From contig SMSO01000014.1 of the NCBI GenBank assembly GCA_004764695.1, positions 6,190,029 to 6,254,028 on the forward strand: a stretch of 64,000 bases of DNA, read 5' to 3'. Shown piece after piece: positions 41,768 to 53,693 of the stretch. The notes under the pieces were generated by a model that ran no database searches, had not been told where the DNA came from, and saw nothing but the letters and a program-made list of their open reading frames with translations. The number at the start of each line of letters is the position of its first letter. Positions within the stretch are counted from its first letter, which is position 1. The DNA comes from Schizochytrium sp. TIO01. Its lineage: Eukaryota; Protista; Bigyra: Labyrinthulomycetes. Both the position numbers and the translations under genes were made by a program.

Positions 41768-43516
41768 ATGATGAAAAGGTGGCACCTTGAAAGTATTGGA
41801 GCGGAGGTAAGATGCGACTTTGATTCTGGAAATCTGGGCGGTGTTGAAGCCGTAAATGCGAGGCCAGGCTCACAGAGACCCATTCTTCGTGTCTGGCCGT
41901 CCCATGACTGTGCTGATACCGAGTACGAAACGCATTCACGGACATGGTTTTATTTTGGTGTTAAAGGTCTTCCGACTGGTGCAAAGCTCGAAATTGAGAT
42001 TGTCAATATGAACAATCAAAAACCTTTATTTGGATATGGTATGAAACCCGTTTTTCGTACCGAGCAAACTGGATGGTCTCGCGTACCTGGAGCCATTCAT
42101 ACAGAGGACTCCGGTAAAGACGAATTTTCTATTCGTTTTGCCCATGTGTTTTTTCATGGACCTCAGATTGAAACATTTTTTGCATTTTGCCACCCGTATA
42201 CCTTCAGTGAATGGGAAAGACGTCGACAGATGCTTGAAACTAGGTTTGTTGGGCGAGGTAAACGGCCCGGAAAATCGCTGTACTTTCATCGTGACATTTT
42301 GACATATTCTCTGCAAAAGAGACCTGTTGACATCCTTACTGTGACAAGCGATCCAGGTCCGACAGATCAGAGTCCAGAATCTGATTTCATGCAAGGTGGT
42401 ATTCAACATGAGCATGGACATTACCTCTTCCCCCAGCGAAAGCGGACTACAAGTTGCAAACATTTCCCGAACAAACCGATTATTTTTGTCAGTTCTCGCG
42501 TACACCCAGGCGAGACTCCTGCGTCATTTTGCTTTGACGGTTTCCTAGACTTTTTGTTAGACGAGAATGATCCGCGTGCATGCATTCTTCGGCAACTGTT
42601 TGTATTTAAGCTAGTTCCTATCCTTAATCCAGACGGCGTTGCCCTGGGCCATTATCGAGCTGACACTCTAGGTCAAAACCTTAATCGGTTCTATCATGAA
42701 CCAAAACCCTCAAGGCAGCCCTCAGTAGCGGCTGTCGTAGCACTAACATCATTCTATGCTAGAGATAATCGCTTCTATATGTACCTAGACATGCATGCGC
42801 ATGCTTCAAAGCGCGGCTGCTTTATTTATGGAAATCACTTTGAAAACCTTGAGGCACAGGTTGAGAACATGATGTACTCCCGTCTCGTCGCACTGAATAC
42901 GCCTTATCTCGATGTGAAAGCATGCTCTTTCTCTCAGAAAAATATGAGCATGAAGGATTCACGTGATCGAAGTGTTTCTAAAGAAGGCTCTGGCAGGGTT
43001 GGTATTTTTCGAGCAACAGGAGCACTCCGGTGTTATACTTTAGAGTGTAACTATAATTGTGGGCGTGTGCTCAACATTGTTCCACCAGCTCGACTGAAAC
43101 CTTGGCAAGACTCTCGACTTGAAGATGTAGATATGCAAGATTGCCCGCCATCGCCTGAGAGGTCTTTCAGTGAGCCTGCTTCGGCAATTAAGTATGGACA
43201 GGCCGAGTGGCGTGATGTTGGAAAGGCTTGTGCTGTAGCTTTACTTGACTTAGGTAGTGCAAATCCTTACTCGCGCATTGAACGCTCGGCATTTCACTCA
43301 TTAGAAAACCTTCGGCTTCAAACTGCTTCCCAGCTTGTGCAAATCCGGCAGACAACTCGCAAGCCGAAGAAACGGTCAACCTTGAACGGGAGCAAGCCTA
43401 CTAAATCAGTAGCATGCCTCGGTCTGCCGACGGCAGGTCTAATTTCTACATATGCACAGTATAATTCAAAATCGGCTAGCAAAATGATGAACACTCGGCT
43501 ACCAGTGCTACGGTGA
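41768..43516 (+). CDS. AGBL5: Cytosolic carboxypeptidase (M14D tubulin deglutamylase), CCP5-like
   Basis: FDSGNL, RTWFYF, SSRVHPGETPAS, LNPDGV..GHYRADT.GQNLNR, DMHAHASKRGCFIYGN, SKEGSGRV, YTLECNYN. Confidence 0.9.
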   Translation: MMKRWHLESIGAEVRCDFDSGNLGGVEAVNARPGSQRPILRVWPSHDCADTEYETHSRTWFYFGVKGLPTGAKLEIEIVNMNNQKPLFGYGMKPVFRTEQTGWSRVPGAIHTEDSGKDEFSIRFAHVFFHGPQIETFFAFCHPYTFSEWERRRQMLETRFVGRGKRPGKSLYFHRDILTYSLQKRPVDILTVTSDPGPTDQSPESDFMQGGIQHEHGHYLFPQRKRTTSCKHFPNKPIIFVSSRVHPGETPASFCFDGFLDFLLDENDPRACILRQLFVFKLVPILNPDGVALGHYRADTLGQNLNRFYHEPKPSRQPSVAAVVALTSFYARDNRFYMYLDMHAHASKRGCFIYGNHFENLEAQVENMMYSRLVALNTPYLDVKACSFSQKNMSMKDSRDRSVSKEGSGRVGIFRATGALRCYTLECNYNCGRVLNIVPPARLKPWQDSRLEDVDMQDCPPSPERSFSEPASAIKYGQAEWRDVGKACAVALLDLGSANPYSRIERSAFHSLENLRLQTASQLVQIRQTTRKPKKRSTLNGSKPTKSVACLGLPTAGLISTYAQYNSKSASKMMNTRLPVLR

Positions 43517-43858
43517 ACTCTTCTATTTCTAATTATTCTTTTAAACTAAAGATATATCACTTTAGCGGTGTTTCGCATCCTTAAACTGCTCTTGTTTCCT
43601 TCTAAAGTCTGTTCTAGTATGAGAAAGTTAGATATTATTTCGAAGAAAATCTGAGAAGCTAGGAGGACACTGCCCATACTTTTAGAAAGAAGAACGTGAA
43701 CAACTACAAGAACAAGAACAAGAAAAACAATATGTCCAGAAAACCCTTCTCACAGAAGCAGGCGGCAAAAACAAGGATTAAGAACTAGATAGGTAGGTAT
43801 AATGTTGTTTTTGGTTATGCTTGTGATTCTTACTATTATTATTCTGATGTTTGTATGA

Positions 43859-46800
43859 TTACTTGCGACGACGCTTCCTATCAAGGCGCTCTTCTTCGTC
43901 AATCTCGCGGTCACGGCGGTTGCGCTTGCGGTCATCCTCAGCAGCTTGCTGTTCAAGCTCATCCCAGTCTTCACCTTCTTCCTCAGAGTCATCACCAGCG
44001 GCACTAGACTCCTCATCCTCATCATCAATGTAATCGTCGACATCATCGTCTTCATCCTCCTCTTCGTCCGCATCTGACTCGCCAAAATCAGATTCAGACT
44101 CACCGCCTTCTTCTTCATCTTCATCATTCTCATCATAAGCATTCAGGACGTTCCAGCCCAAATCCTTGGGTTCACCATATTCGTCTTGAGACTTCCAGAA
44201 GACACCAGTCTCAAGCTCCTCATACACAGCCTCCATAACAACCTTCCACTTGAGTGCTTTAGTACCAACTGTGAATGAAATATTACCCTTTTCGTATATC
44301 CAAGTACGGATGGTGTCAAACTTCTCCATAGGAATAGAAGAGATACGTTGCGGAATGCCACTGTTGGGTTTCATTTGCGACTTGAGAACAATTGTCATAT
44401 CAAAGGCCTTCATGCTAGGCTCAACACGCTCAAAGTGGATATGTTCGATTTCGTCAAGGGTCACGCAGAAGATCGGGTTGCCGCTGAGGTTGACCAACGC
44501 GTTAAGAGTAGGTGTGATAGTTACCATCTCACGGAAAGGTACACCATCGAAAGCCAACTCTGGAGAAGGCTTGTCGTAGTCATCGAGTTCATCCGTAGAA
44601 TCAACAACGCGACGGCAAAATTTGCGAAAGATGCTGTTGAGCTTGCGCTTGTACTCCTGTTCACGGCGCTCCTCATCGATTTCATCAGGATCATGACCAT
44701 GGCGACGACGGCCATCGATAGCTACAGATGCCTCAACAACTTCAGTGTAGAACTGCACATCGTATGTCTTTGTTTTATTGATAAGCACCGGGTGCTTGAG
44801 GTGGAAGTGTACGAGCACCTCGTGTTCACGTTCTTTGCATTCTTGCAGAATAAAGTGTTTGATGTTGCTGTAGATCAGATCAAAGATCTCGTTGGTGCGA
44901 CCTGCACGAAACCGGAGACCGTTCTCGTGTGCTTGCAAACGGCCAATGCATTTACCCTTGCGCACAGGCGGACGCATGCTCACGTCATTTAGAATTGGGA
45001 GTTTCTTGGTAGGATTCTTGTTGAGCACTAGAGCCTCCTGTTCAACAATGTCGCGCTCCACCTCACGCTGGCGCGCCTTGAGGCGGAGCTGTTTCTGCAG
45101 CTCCTTGATTTGGCGAAACTGCCTGGTCAAGTTGTGGGGGTCCTTTGAGCGAAAGGACATTTCTTTGACATAGTGCAGATTGGGAAACTTTGTCATCACT
45201 GTACGCATATTGGCAGACACATCTTTTGCAAAAGTGTGTCCACTTGTTGGGAAGAAAAAGTTGAGACGCAGAATCGTACCAAGCTCTTCATCAAGCTTTG
45301 TCACAGACTTGATAGCAGAGATGTGGAACGGGACATGGAAACCTCCAAGCGGTACAAAGACAGCCTCGCGCTCACGATCACAGTAGATTTGGTTCCTCTC
45401 GAGGTCACGCGGGTAGTCCTCAGGAGTCTTGAAAGCCTCTACAATGCGTTCCTGCGTCTTGTCACTAGTCTCGTCATTGACGTCTTCGTTCTCATCGTGG
45501 TTCTCGCCGAGAGCCTCACGCGCCTTTCTAATCATCAGCTCCTTTTGAGCCTTTTCGATTTTGACAGTCATTGATGCCATTTGTTGCTCTCGTTCACGCT
45601 GCTCCTCCGTCTTGGTTGCACTACGTGTGACACGGCGACCCGAGGTGTTGTTCACGATCTCCTGAAGACGATCCACCTCATCTTCATCGTCATCGTCATC
45701 AGCCTCATCGTCGCTATCACCGAGCGTGTACATGATGTCGTCAAAGCCAACCTTGACAGAGTTTGTAAATACTTGTGCCGACTCGCCTTTCGTGGCGGCA
45801 ACTGTCTCAGTAATAAGCATATGGTACTTGCCATCCGGCAGGGTGGGACGTGATGATTTCTCCTTCAGAGGAACACGTTCGAGTCCTACAGTGACAACAA
45901 AGGTCATACCGGCCTGAACCACCTGTTTGTTGCCTGACTTGATTTCAAATGTCTTGTTCTCCATTTGTAGACCGGTACCATAGCCGAAAGATTGAGCGAT
46001 GTAAGGAGCAAGCTCGGGCCGCTTTTCTGCAATGGCTTTAGTTGCGGCATCATAAACTTCTCCAAGACTCGCGCCAGGCTTAAGAGCTTTAAGCAAAGTC
46101 TCCAAGCCCAAGGAAAGTGCTGTGTAGGCCTTCTTTTGGTCGGAGGTTGGGTTAATGAGGAACGTGCGACCAATCTGGGCGAAGTACTCCTTGTACTTGA
46201 CAACAAGCTGGCAAATAATGACATCCGCTGTCATCTCATTAGTGTTGCTTGTAGCATTTTTGAGACCAAGCGTGTAGCTTCCGCCACTCTGTACAACGGG
46301 CTTGAGAGGGATCTCGAGTTCCTCAGGGACAAGATCTTTGATCTTGAGCTTCTTGGCAGGATCCTTGAGGGCCTTTTCGACAAGCTTGCTCAGAGCATCG
46401 TTGGTCACTGGTTTCTCCTCTTGAAGAGCATTCTCCATGTTTTTCACAAAGGCCTTCTTCATTGCTCGTGCAGCGATTTGTGCAGAGGTTTCCTCAAGCT
46501 TGAGCTCATCTGACATTTTCACAACAAAGCAGGAGTTCAGACTGGATTCCAAGCCCACCTTTTCAGGAGAGATTTCATCGAGAGCAGCAATCCAGCGTTC
46601 TCCAAGTTTGGCGTCGGTACCCTCATTTGTGGGTGCAGCGATGCGTTTGCCCCCAAAACTTGTCTTTACAGATTCCACAGTAGTGGCAATCTGCTCAGCT
46701 ACAGACTCCTTGGACAGCTCCTCCAGTTTAAGCTCAAAGTCAGCTGCCTCGGGTTTGCTAGCAGCTGCAGAGCTGATGTAGGCGATTTTCACACGACTTG

Positions 46801-47053
46801 AAAGAACAAAGAGAGTCTTCTCCGTCATGACAATGAGCGTATTTGGGAGTACCATGTCAAAAAGGTACATGTGAAGTAGCGAGGAGGTCATCGATCCAGG
46901 CTCCTCGGGGGCCTTACCCAAGATCACGTACCACGCGTCTAGACCATGCCACACGCTCTTCTCATCCTCGCGACCCTTCACCCACTCACTACGAATCTTA
47001 AGGAGGCGGGCCCAGAAGGCTTTCACCTGACGCTTATCCATAGTCTCGCTCAT
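43859..47053 (-). CDS. SPT16: FACT complex subunit SPT16
   Basis: Peptidase-like N-domain (PVVQSGG, RTFLINP), VPFHISAIK..LRLNF, LQAHENGLRF, HFHLKHP..KT.DVQFY.EV, HFERV, GWN.L, acidic tail. Confidence 0.97.
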   Translation of the reverse strand: MSETMDKRQVKAFWARLLKIRSEWVKGREDEKSVWHGLDAWYVILGKAPEEPGSMTSSLLHMYLFDMVLPNTLIVMTEKTLFVLSSRVKIAYISSAAASKPEAADFELKLEELSKESVAEQIATTVESVKTSFGGKRIAAPTNEGTDAKLGERWIAALDEISPEKVGLESSLNSCFVVKMSDELKLEETSAQIAARAMKKAFVKNMENALQEEKPVTNDALSKLVEKALKDPAKKLKIKDLVPEELEIPLKPVVQSGGSYTLGLKNATSNTNEMTADVIICQLVVKYKEYFAQIGRTFLINPTSDQKKAYTALSLGLETLLKALKPGASLGEVYDAATKAIAEKRPELAPYIAQSFGYGTGLQMENKTFEIKSGNKQVVQAGMTFVVTVGLERVPLKEKSSRPTLPDGKYHMLITETVAATKGESAQVFTNSVKVGFDDIMYTLGDSDDEADDDDDEDEVDRLQEIVNNTSGRRVTRSATKTEEQREREQQMASMTVKIEKAQKELMIRKAREALGENHDENEDVNDETSDKTQERIVEAFKTPEDYPRDLERNQIYCDREREAVFVPLGGFHVPFHISAIKSVTKLDEELGTILRLNFFFPTSGHTFAKDVSANMRTVMTKFPNLHYVKEMSFRSKDPHNLTRQFRQIKELQKQLRLKARQREVERDIVEQEALVLNKNPTKKLPILNDVSMRPPVRKGKCIGRLQAHENGLRFRAGRTNEIFDLIYSNIKHFILQECKEREHEVLVHFHLKHPVLINKTKTYDVQFYTEVVEASVAIDGRRRHGHDPDEIDEERREQEYKRKLNSIFRKFCRRVVDSTDELDDYDKPSPELAFDGVPFREMVTITPTLNALVNLSGNPIFCVTLDEIEHIHFERVEPSMKAFDMTIVLKSQMKPNSGIPQRISSIPMEKFDTIRTWIYEKGNISFTVGTKALKWKVVMEAVYEELETGVFWKSQDEYGEPKDLGWNVLNAYDENDEDEEEGGESESDFGESDADEEEDEDDDVDDYIDDEDEESSAAGDDSEEEGEDWDELEQQAAEDDRKRNRRDREIDEEERLDRKRRRK

Positions 47054-47981
47054 GGTTCTGCCCAATCAATATCAATACCAACGTCAAAACTAGGCACTCC
47101 ACGATCCGCAGCAGTCACAACCACAACTTGATCCAACACTTGTCCAAATCTTCAATTTTGGAGGCAAGAGCGCAGACAAGTACAAGCAGTTTTCCCTAGA
47201 AAACAAACTCTCTCTCGACGTCCTGCGAAAGTAAGCTATCTATATATATGAGACACTTCCCGTTAGGTTGCCTAGCCGAGCCGTGCTAGTATCTCCCGAG
47301 TCACACAATGAACAATTGCCAAGTAAAGCGCCAAGAGTGGAGCCCGTGTACTTTCCAAGCACGGTGGACTGTTCCCTCAAAAGGTCTGCTTGTCTTTGCG
47401 GGAGAAGGTCTTCGCGAGGCCTCGAAGTCGCCAGCGAAGTCCACCGCCGCTGGTAGAACTCTCCTACTGATTACTAGCACCGTTGGCTACTAGCGAGTTA
47501 ACTGTGCGGTCTGCGCCGCCGCTCCGATGCCGCAGGCGGGGAGGCGGGCCAGGAGGGGCCGCTTTAGCGCCTCAATAAGTTGTATGGGTGCCGGTAGCGG
47601 CAGGTGCTCCACTCTCCTCAGGCAGGCGGCCGCTTCGAGCAAGCCACGCCGCGCAAGAGGCACTCTGCGAGGATGGTGGTTTGATGCTCGCCCTCTTCTA
47701 CATCAACAAAGATGTGAAAAACAACATCTGTTCTTTTCGTTCTCTCTTCTGATTATTTTATTTCTTCAAACCTTTTATGCTCCCTAAGTGTGGATACTCA
47801 ATCACTAACAGCCTCGTCCTTAATTTTCAAATTTAAAAGAACGCCCCTTCTATTCTTTTATTTCAGACATTAAAAAGACTTTCTTTTCAAAGGCGAGTTC
47901 TACTGTGCGGTATTTGACTGCTATGGAGGGGCGAGGCAGTGGAACAGGGGGAGGCAAATTCCAACGAAAATTCCAACGAAA

Positions 47982-48221
47982 ATGCTAACGGGATCTTCAC
48001 GAGAACGAATGAAACTTCAGAGTTTGGACAATACATTCGCACCAAACTGTCAAAGAGGGTACATTCTTCAGGAGAGAGAGGAGAGGAGCTTCGCTATGCA
48101 CGCAATAATGGTAAAAAAGCGGCCAATTACACGGACAATTCTGCATCACACGAGGCAATTTATAGCGCAGAAGACGACCACGATTGTTACGGACGGCGCG
48201 AAGAGAATGAGTGATGGTTAG
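47982..48221 (+). mobile_element. Possible Merlin/ISXO2-like transposase relic
   Basis: GYILQERE..SF....VKKR...TIL....QFIAQKTTTIVTDG resembles the G..ER....V..R...TL...I...I..GT.I.TD.W core; short and isolated. Confidence 0.3.
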
Positions 48222-48664
48222 GTTGAGCAAAATAAAAAACATTCGCCAAAAGGGAAAAGGAGAAAAGAGAAAAGAAGTGTTAAAAAAGATCCATAAAGAG
48301 GCCCAAATTTAGGCCAGTTAGGCCTGTTTTCATTTTCATTTCTCGACTGCTAAGACTTATTAGTAGCAGGCTTATTATATAGTTAGTGGTAACTATAGGA
48401 GTACCGTACCCTCAAGTTCAACGAAGATCGTGGCATGTAAAGTGATGATATTTTGGGAGCGGTAGCACTTGAGGATGGGAAATGAACAATGCGTCGTGGT
48501 ACTATGCCAGACGCCTGACCTTGCCAGGAAGGAACCATATGTAAAATATTGGGCTATAACTATTTTAAGGTATGTGTAGGGACGGGAGTAAGGGTTACGA
48601 ATGAATGTAATAAGGCAAGACTTAATGTTGCAATCGAGGAACGAACGACGCTTGGTTGGCTTGC

Positions 48665-49642
48665 TTAGCGATACATAGAGGCCCCACCTTGGTCCTGGAG
48701 CTCAGCAAGCTGTTTCTGCTTGCGATCGAGAAGGGCCTCAAACCAGTTGGACGCCTGGTCGAAAAATTCACCTGCCGTCTCAGGGAGCTCCTTGATCCAG
48801 ACATTGTGACCTGCCTCGAGCTTCTCAGCAGAAATGTCAAGATCCTCAAGCAAAGTCTGAAGCTTCTTGCGATCCTGACGGCTCTTCTCCATATCTCGAT
48901 GGTTGCGAAGGGTAGGCGAAGGGGGAGGCTGAACAGGACCAGAAGACTCCTCTTCCATTGGAGTGCTCAAATCAGACTGCGATCCGACCTTGCCGATCTT
49001 CTCTTTACAAGCTTCATTGGGACGACCTTCCACGTTAATCACAAGCACTCCAAGGCGCTCGGATTCTCCATTGCCCGTCAAAGATCTTGAGGAGCCTACA
49101 CGCGCACTCTTTTCAGACTTTTGAGGGTAGGCGTCAATGGCCAAGTGGTAGGTGAACTGGAATTGGCGTGTACCAATAGCCTCAATGAGGGCCTCGTCTT
49201 CAGTGAAGGCCTGGTCGACGCTCTTTCGGATAAGGCCAACATAGGTGTCAAGCTCGAGGCCGTTGTCCTTTCCATGTTTGACGATGTAGTCTTCGAAGGC
49301 ACGCTTGGGGAGCTTAGAGGAAATCTCTTTCCAAATCATCTCCTCGCGAGTAGACTTAATAGGCGCGAGTTTCTCTGGAACCAGCAACTTGCCAATTTCG
49401 CGACGGAGATCAGCCATCACATCTGGCGTGGTCGATGCTAGACGCTGATTTCTCGTCCACGGCAAAAATGGATCAAAGAGCACTTTGACAGACACCTGAC
49501 CTCCCTTAGGGCTGACCCAGGTCGTGGAGTCTCCAAAAGGGGCCTTAAAAATAAGCTCACCTGCAGCTGTTGTGGCGGTCAACGTCTTCTGCAGACCTCC
49601 CATATCCTCTCCACCACCTCCAAGCAACGACGCGAAGTCCAT
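48665..49642 (-). CDS. Hypothetical protein with C-terminal coiled coil
   Basis: 325-aa ATG ORF with host-like codon usage; no family recognised. Confidence 0.7.
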   Translation of the reverse strand: MDFASLLGGGGEDMGGLQKTLTATTAAGELIFKAPFGDSTTWVSPKGGQVSVKVLFDPFLPWTRNQRLASTTPDVMADLRREIGKLLVPEKLAPIKSTREEMIWKEISSKLPKRAFEDYIVKHGKDNGLELDTYVGLIRKSVDQAFTEDEALIEAIGTRQFQFTYHLAIDAYPQKSEKSARVGSSRSLTGNGESERLGVLVINVEGRPNEACKEKIGKVGSQSDLSTPMEEESSGPVQPPPSPTLRNHRDMEKSRQDRKKLQTLLEDLDISAEKLEAGHNVWIKELPETAGEFFDQASNWFEALLDRKQKQLAELQDQGGASMYR

Positions 49643-51976
49643 GATGCCAAGTAGTTTCTAGCTGTGCTACTCCCTGCTCTAATTTGTGTTCTGTACTGCA
49701 ATCGATATCTTCACCTTCAATCAATCGTCTCTCTTCGGGGACGCTTCCCAGAAGATCAATCCCAGTTGCTCAACGAGATATACGAGTTCCCTTGCCGACA
49801 CCCAGCTCTACGTGGTGCCTCAACTCCTTCGCTTCTCTTCGCTTGTCCTTCTCAACAACGTCCTCAGCTCTTCGGAGTCCAAATCGCGGACTTTGGTTTG
49901 GTATCTGGCGAAGAATTGATTTCAAGAAAGATTGATTCTCTTTCTTTCTTACTTTCTTTCTTTGAGTTCCTCATTGCTTTAATCTCCTTACTATGTTACA
50001 TTTATGCTAAATTACTCTTTACATCTTTCCTCTTTCTTTGCTCACAACTGCGGGACTCTTAATGGGACCCTACTTTCGCCTAGGCAATACTCTGCGCCTC
50101 AGCGAAGGCTTCGATTCTTGGAAAAAGGTAAGATCTGACGAAGTGCTTGAGAACAGGGCCAAAGACCCAAAGATTTGCGAAGCATCGAGCTGATTTAGGA
50201 GCGGGGAAATTGCATAAGAACGGGAGTGCATTTCGCGCGAGACAGTTTTAGGTTTGAAGCGGCAGCTTAGCTACTCAGATGCTGGCTTGTCTCGGTACAT
50301 GTGAAATGTATAATGCTCAATAGTTCGAAGAGCCTGTACGACTTTCTTGAGGGTTCAACAAAGTTTTGCTCCGCTCTGAGCTTCGCTGAGGGATGAGATT
50401 GGGGGCCACTTTGCATAGTATTAGACCTGGCTTAGTTTGGCGGAGACACATGGGCTAGCTGCAGGGTCAGTCCTGACAGGATCTTATGTACATGACTTTC
50501 ATGAATTTAATATTTGGGTTTTGTTGGGTCATTTTGGATCTTTAAATAATGGATTCGCATCGCATGAACACGACAACCTCGCATATGCTTGGGACAAAGC
50601 TAGATACATTAAGAAATCCACTGCAAATAGTTGATTTCATCGACTGATTGAGCTTGCCTAAGAGTTTGTTGGTTTGGTTATCTACTGCTGACAAGGAGGA
50701 GTATGAACCATTTGGCACTGTCGACGCAAGTCCTGCACGAGGCAGGACAAGCATATCACCTCAAGACCAAACCATACTTAGGCAGTTTTATTCTTTTGTA
50801 GTGAATTAAATGGTTATGAAAAACTGCTAGGTTTGACTGCAATGCAAGTGCCACAGTCAATCGTTTTAGCAACTCGAAATATAGGCCTAGTACGAGACTG
50901 GACGTGACATAGACCCTCATTCGGTCATAAATATATCCGGATCACTTCAAGTATTCTCTACGTGCAGATGATAGTTTAAACAAAGACAAGAACTGGCAAC
51001 TAAACACAAGGTATGTGACTTTGTTACCCTTGATTAACAAGCAGTTGGGGCATTGGAAGGGAATTTGACATTGCCGCTTTCTTACTTTGGTACATACCCA
51101 ATAGTGTATAATAAGGTATTTATGATAGAATTCTTTTCTTTTCATATGCTTTTGCCACGTGCTTACTAGATAAATACTGCTTCGAGCAGGTACGTTGAAG
51201 TATGTTCTGCTGGTTATTTGCTCTACACAACAGTTTAATATTTAGAGATAGCAGAAAATGTAAAGTATTAATCAGAAAATACAGTAATAATATAGTTTCT
51301 ATACTCATAAATCTTTCATGTATCGGAGCAATGTTTCGGGATATCCCCATCAATAAAAATGCGTAGATTTTATGTGATTTCATCATGTTTTTTAATTTTT
51401 AAAAACTATAATCGACAATGCCAATCTTAATCTCGAAAGAAGAAAAGCAAGAGCAAGAGCAAGAACAATATGTAGGTATGGCAGATGATTTACTACTTGC
51501 TTCTCCTTCTCAATATCATTCGATTTGCACACTATTTATTTCCACAACAAAGCGAATACCAAAAAACATCTATCTTTTCTACACTTCGATTGAAACATAA
51601 GTAGGATGAGAGCGGTTTTTTATTTTTTCGCCTTGTATATTACCTTTACTATCGTCCTTCACACGATTGTACCCCTCGAAGTTTAACAACCAACTCTCGT
51701 ATAGAATTGTGTTCATCGTCAGCTTGCTCACACCACCCGAAAGTACCAAGGTGGGTACCTGCCAATAGAATCTCATTGCAATCGATAATCGAAGTTAAGA
51801 GCGGTTTGCCTATCACATATCCAGTCACTGACTAATAGAATTTACTACCAGGGTCCTAAAGGCTTTTACTAGTTGTCATTGACAAACGTAATCAGCTGGA
51901 GGCATTAAATGCACAACGCCAAGCTCGACTCGCGCCAAGTCCGGTTGGCTAGGTAGCCGCTTGGTCCCTAATCACA

Positions 51977-53485
51977 ATGTCCCAACCTTCGCTTGCAGGC
52001 CTTCGCCGGCAGGGCCAAAACAAAGCAGACCGGCAAGGCTTCCCTAGCGAAGCATCCATGGCACCAACCATCGCTAGGCAGAACACAACAGAGGCAACTT
52101 CAGCAAAACCTGCGTTGGCGATGGGAGGCACAAAGGCCTCGACAACAAAGCCTGCGAAACCTTTTTTTGCTAGCATGCATGTGGCTAAACCTTCTGAGAA
52201 TGACCTCATAGTACAGGAATACCTTCATGTCAAGAAAGATAGTCGAGCCAGTATAACTAATCGATACACCAAGAAGGATCAGGATCATTGCACGTCAATC
52301 AGCAACTATATCGAACTTCTTCGCGCCCAGAAGCTATCAGTTAGGGAAATACAAACACCAGCCGCTAAACCTGAGCCCATGCAGATTGAGGATGACGACA
52401 TGGATGTGAGCTTAATCTCCGAAACTCATGGCGAGGCCCCAAAATCAACAACTTCTGTGGCACCACCTCTGAGGTCCACGAAACGAAATCGTACTAGAGA
52501 TTCTTTGCAAGAACCTGTGCCGTACGAAACTCTAGCGAGCTTGCTTAATACGATGAGTTTTGTTTCGTCAGAACCGGAGGAAGCTATCATGCACCCTAAC
52601 TACACATTACGCACATCATCCACATACACGCGAGACTCGTATTTCAGCCATATCTGGCAGAAGTCACGCAATAAAACGTTTCAGGCAACCCGAAAGCTGT
52701 TGGAACCTCTCCCTGTCCCTGTAGAGGAACCAAAAGGTCCACAAGTAAACCTGACCCCAGCCTTTACGGAGGAGGAGGAAGACATGTATGATGCTGCGAT
52801 GAACTCGAGCGATGACAATAAGGTGCTTGTCCAAAGGTTTAATGTTGATCTTATGGCTCAACAAATGTATTGCCTTGAAGGACTTCAATGGCTGAATGAC
52901 GAGGTGATTAATTTTTATCTTTCCCTACTTCGGGAACGCTCACTTCATTTGGTAGAAACGAATGCAACACCTGGTCTATCATGCTATTTTCACCTCACTC
53001 TCTTCTATTCTAAATTGACGGAGAACAACAAATACAACTATAAAGGTGTGCAGCGTTGGACGAAGCGTGGATTCCGCAAGTGTGACTTATTCACTCAAGA
53101 CATTGTGTTTTTCCCTCGTAACATCGGCAACTCACATTGGACGCTTTGTGTCGCCTTCATTAAGGAAAAACGTGTTGAGTACTTTGATTCTATGGCAGGT
53201 GTAGGCCGTGAGTGCATGCAGAACATTCTCCATTACCTTCGTGACGAGCATGCAGACAAGAAGGGAAGCGAACTTGATACTAGTGATTGGGAGCTTATCG
53301 ATCATGGCCCGAACGTACCGCAACAAAATAACGGTTCTGACTGTGGTGTTTTCCTCTGTACATTCTGCAACTTTTTGTCTATGGGCCAACCGTTGGATTT
53401 CGAGGCCAAAGATATGCCATACATGCGCAAACGCATTGCAATTGATTGTTTGAAGGCTGCCAGCACTTATGAAATTCAATCCTAA
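51977..53485 (+). CDS. Ulp1/SENP SUMO protease (C48)
   Basis: WLNDEVINFY, V.RWT, HWTL, YFDSM, PQQNNGSDCGVF (His-Asp-Cys triad plus oxyanion Gln). Confidence 0.95.
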   Translation: MSQPSLAGLRRQGQNKADRQGFPSEASMAPTIARQNTTEATSAKPALAMGGTKASTTKPAKPFFASMHVAKPSENDLIVQEYLHVKKDSRASITNRYTKKDQDHCTSISNYIELLRAQKLSVREIQTPAAKPEPMQIEDDDMDVSLISETHGEAPKSTTSVAPPLRSTKRNRTRDSLQEPVPYETLASLLNTMSFVSSEPEEAIMHPNYTLRTSSTYTRDSYFSHIWQKSRNKTFQATRKLLEPLPVPVEEPKGPQVNLTPAFTEEEEDMYDAAMNSSDDNKVLVQRFNVDLMAQQMYCLEGLQWLNDEVINFYLSLLRERSLHLVETNATPGLSCYFHLTLFYSKLTENNKYNYKGVQRWTKRGFRKCDLFTQDIVFFPRNIGNSHWTLCVAFIKEKRVEYFDSMAGVGRECMQNILHYLRDEHADKKGSELDTSDWELIDHGPNVPQQNNGSDCGVFLCTFCNFLSMGQPLDFEAKDMPYMRKRIAIDCLKAASTYEIQS

Positions 53486-53693
53486 TTTATCCTGCTCTTT
53501 TTCCCTTTTTGTCTGCTCTTTAAATCATCAATCTATTGTTTCTTTACAATATCTGAGCTCTATTTTTATTCTATTTTTTCTGAAATCTCAGTTCTCGATG
53601 TTTACCTTTTTTTGGTTTACATTCCTTCACACAAATTTAGTTCGTGAAACAACAGACACAAACAATTGGAAATATAAATAACATGAAGCAAAT

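Noticed and set aside
44250-46781. Multiple plus-strand ORFs of 100-214 aa
   Set aside because: Antisense to SPT16 with no independent motifs
51858-51875. ggcttttact resembling the U5 snRNA loop
   Set aside because: Not the exact GCCTTTTAC loop and no supporting stem; no tRNA, rRNA or snRNA recognised anywhere in the window
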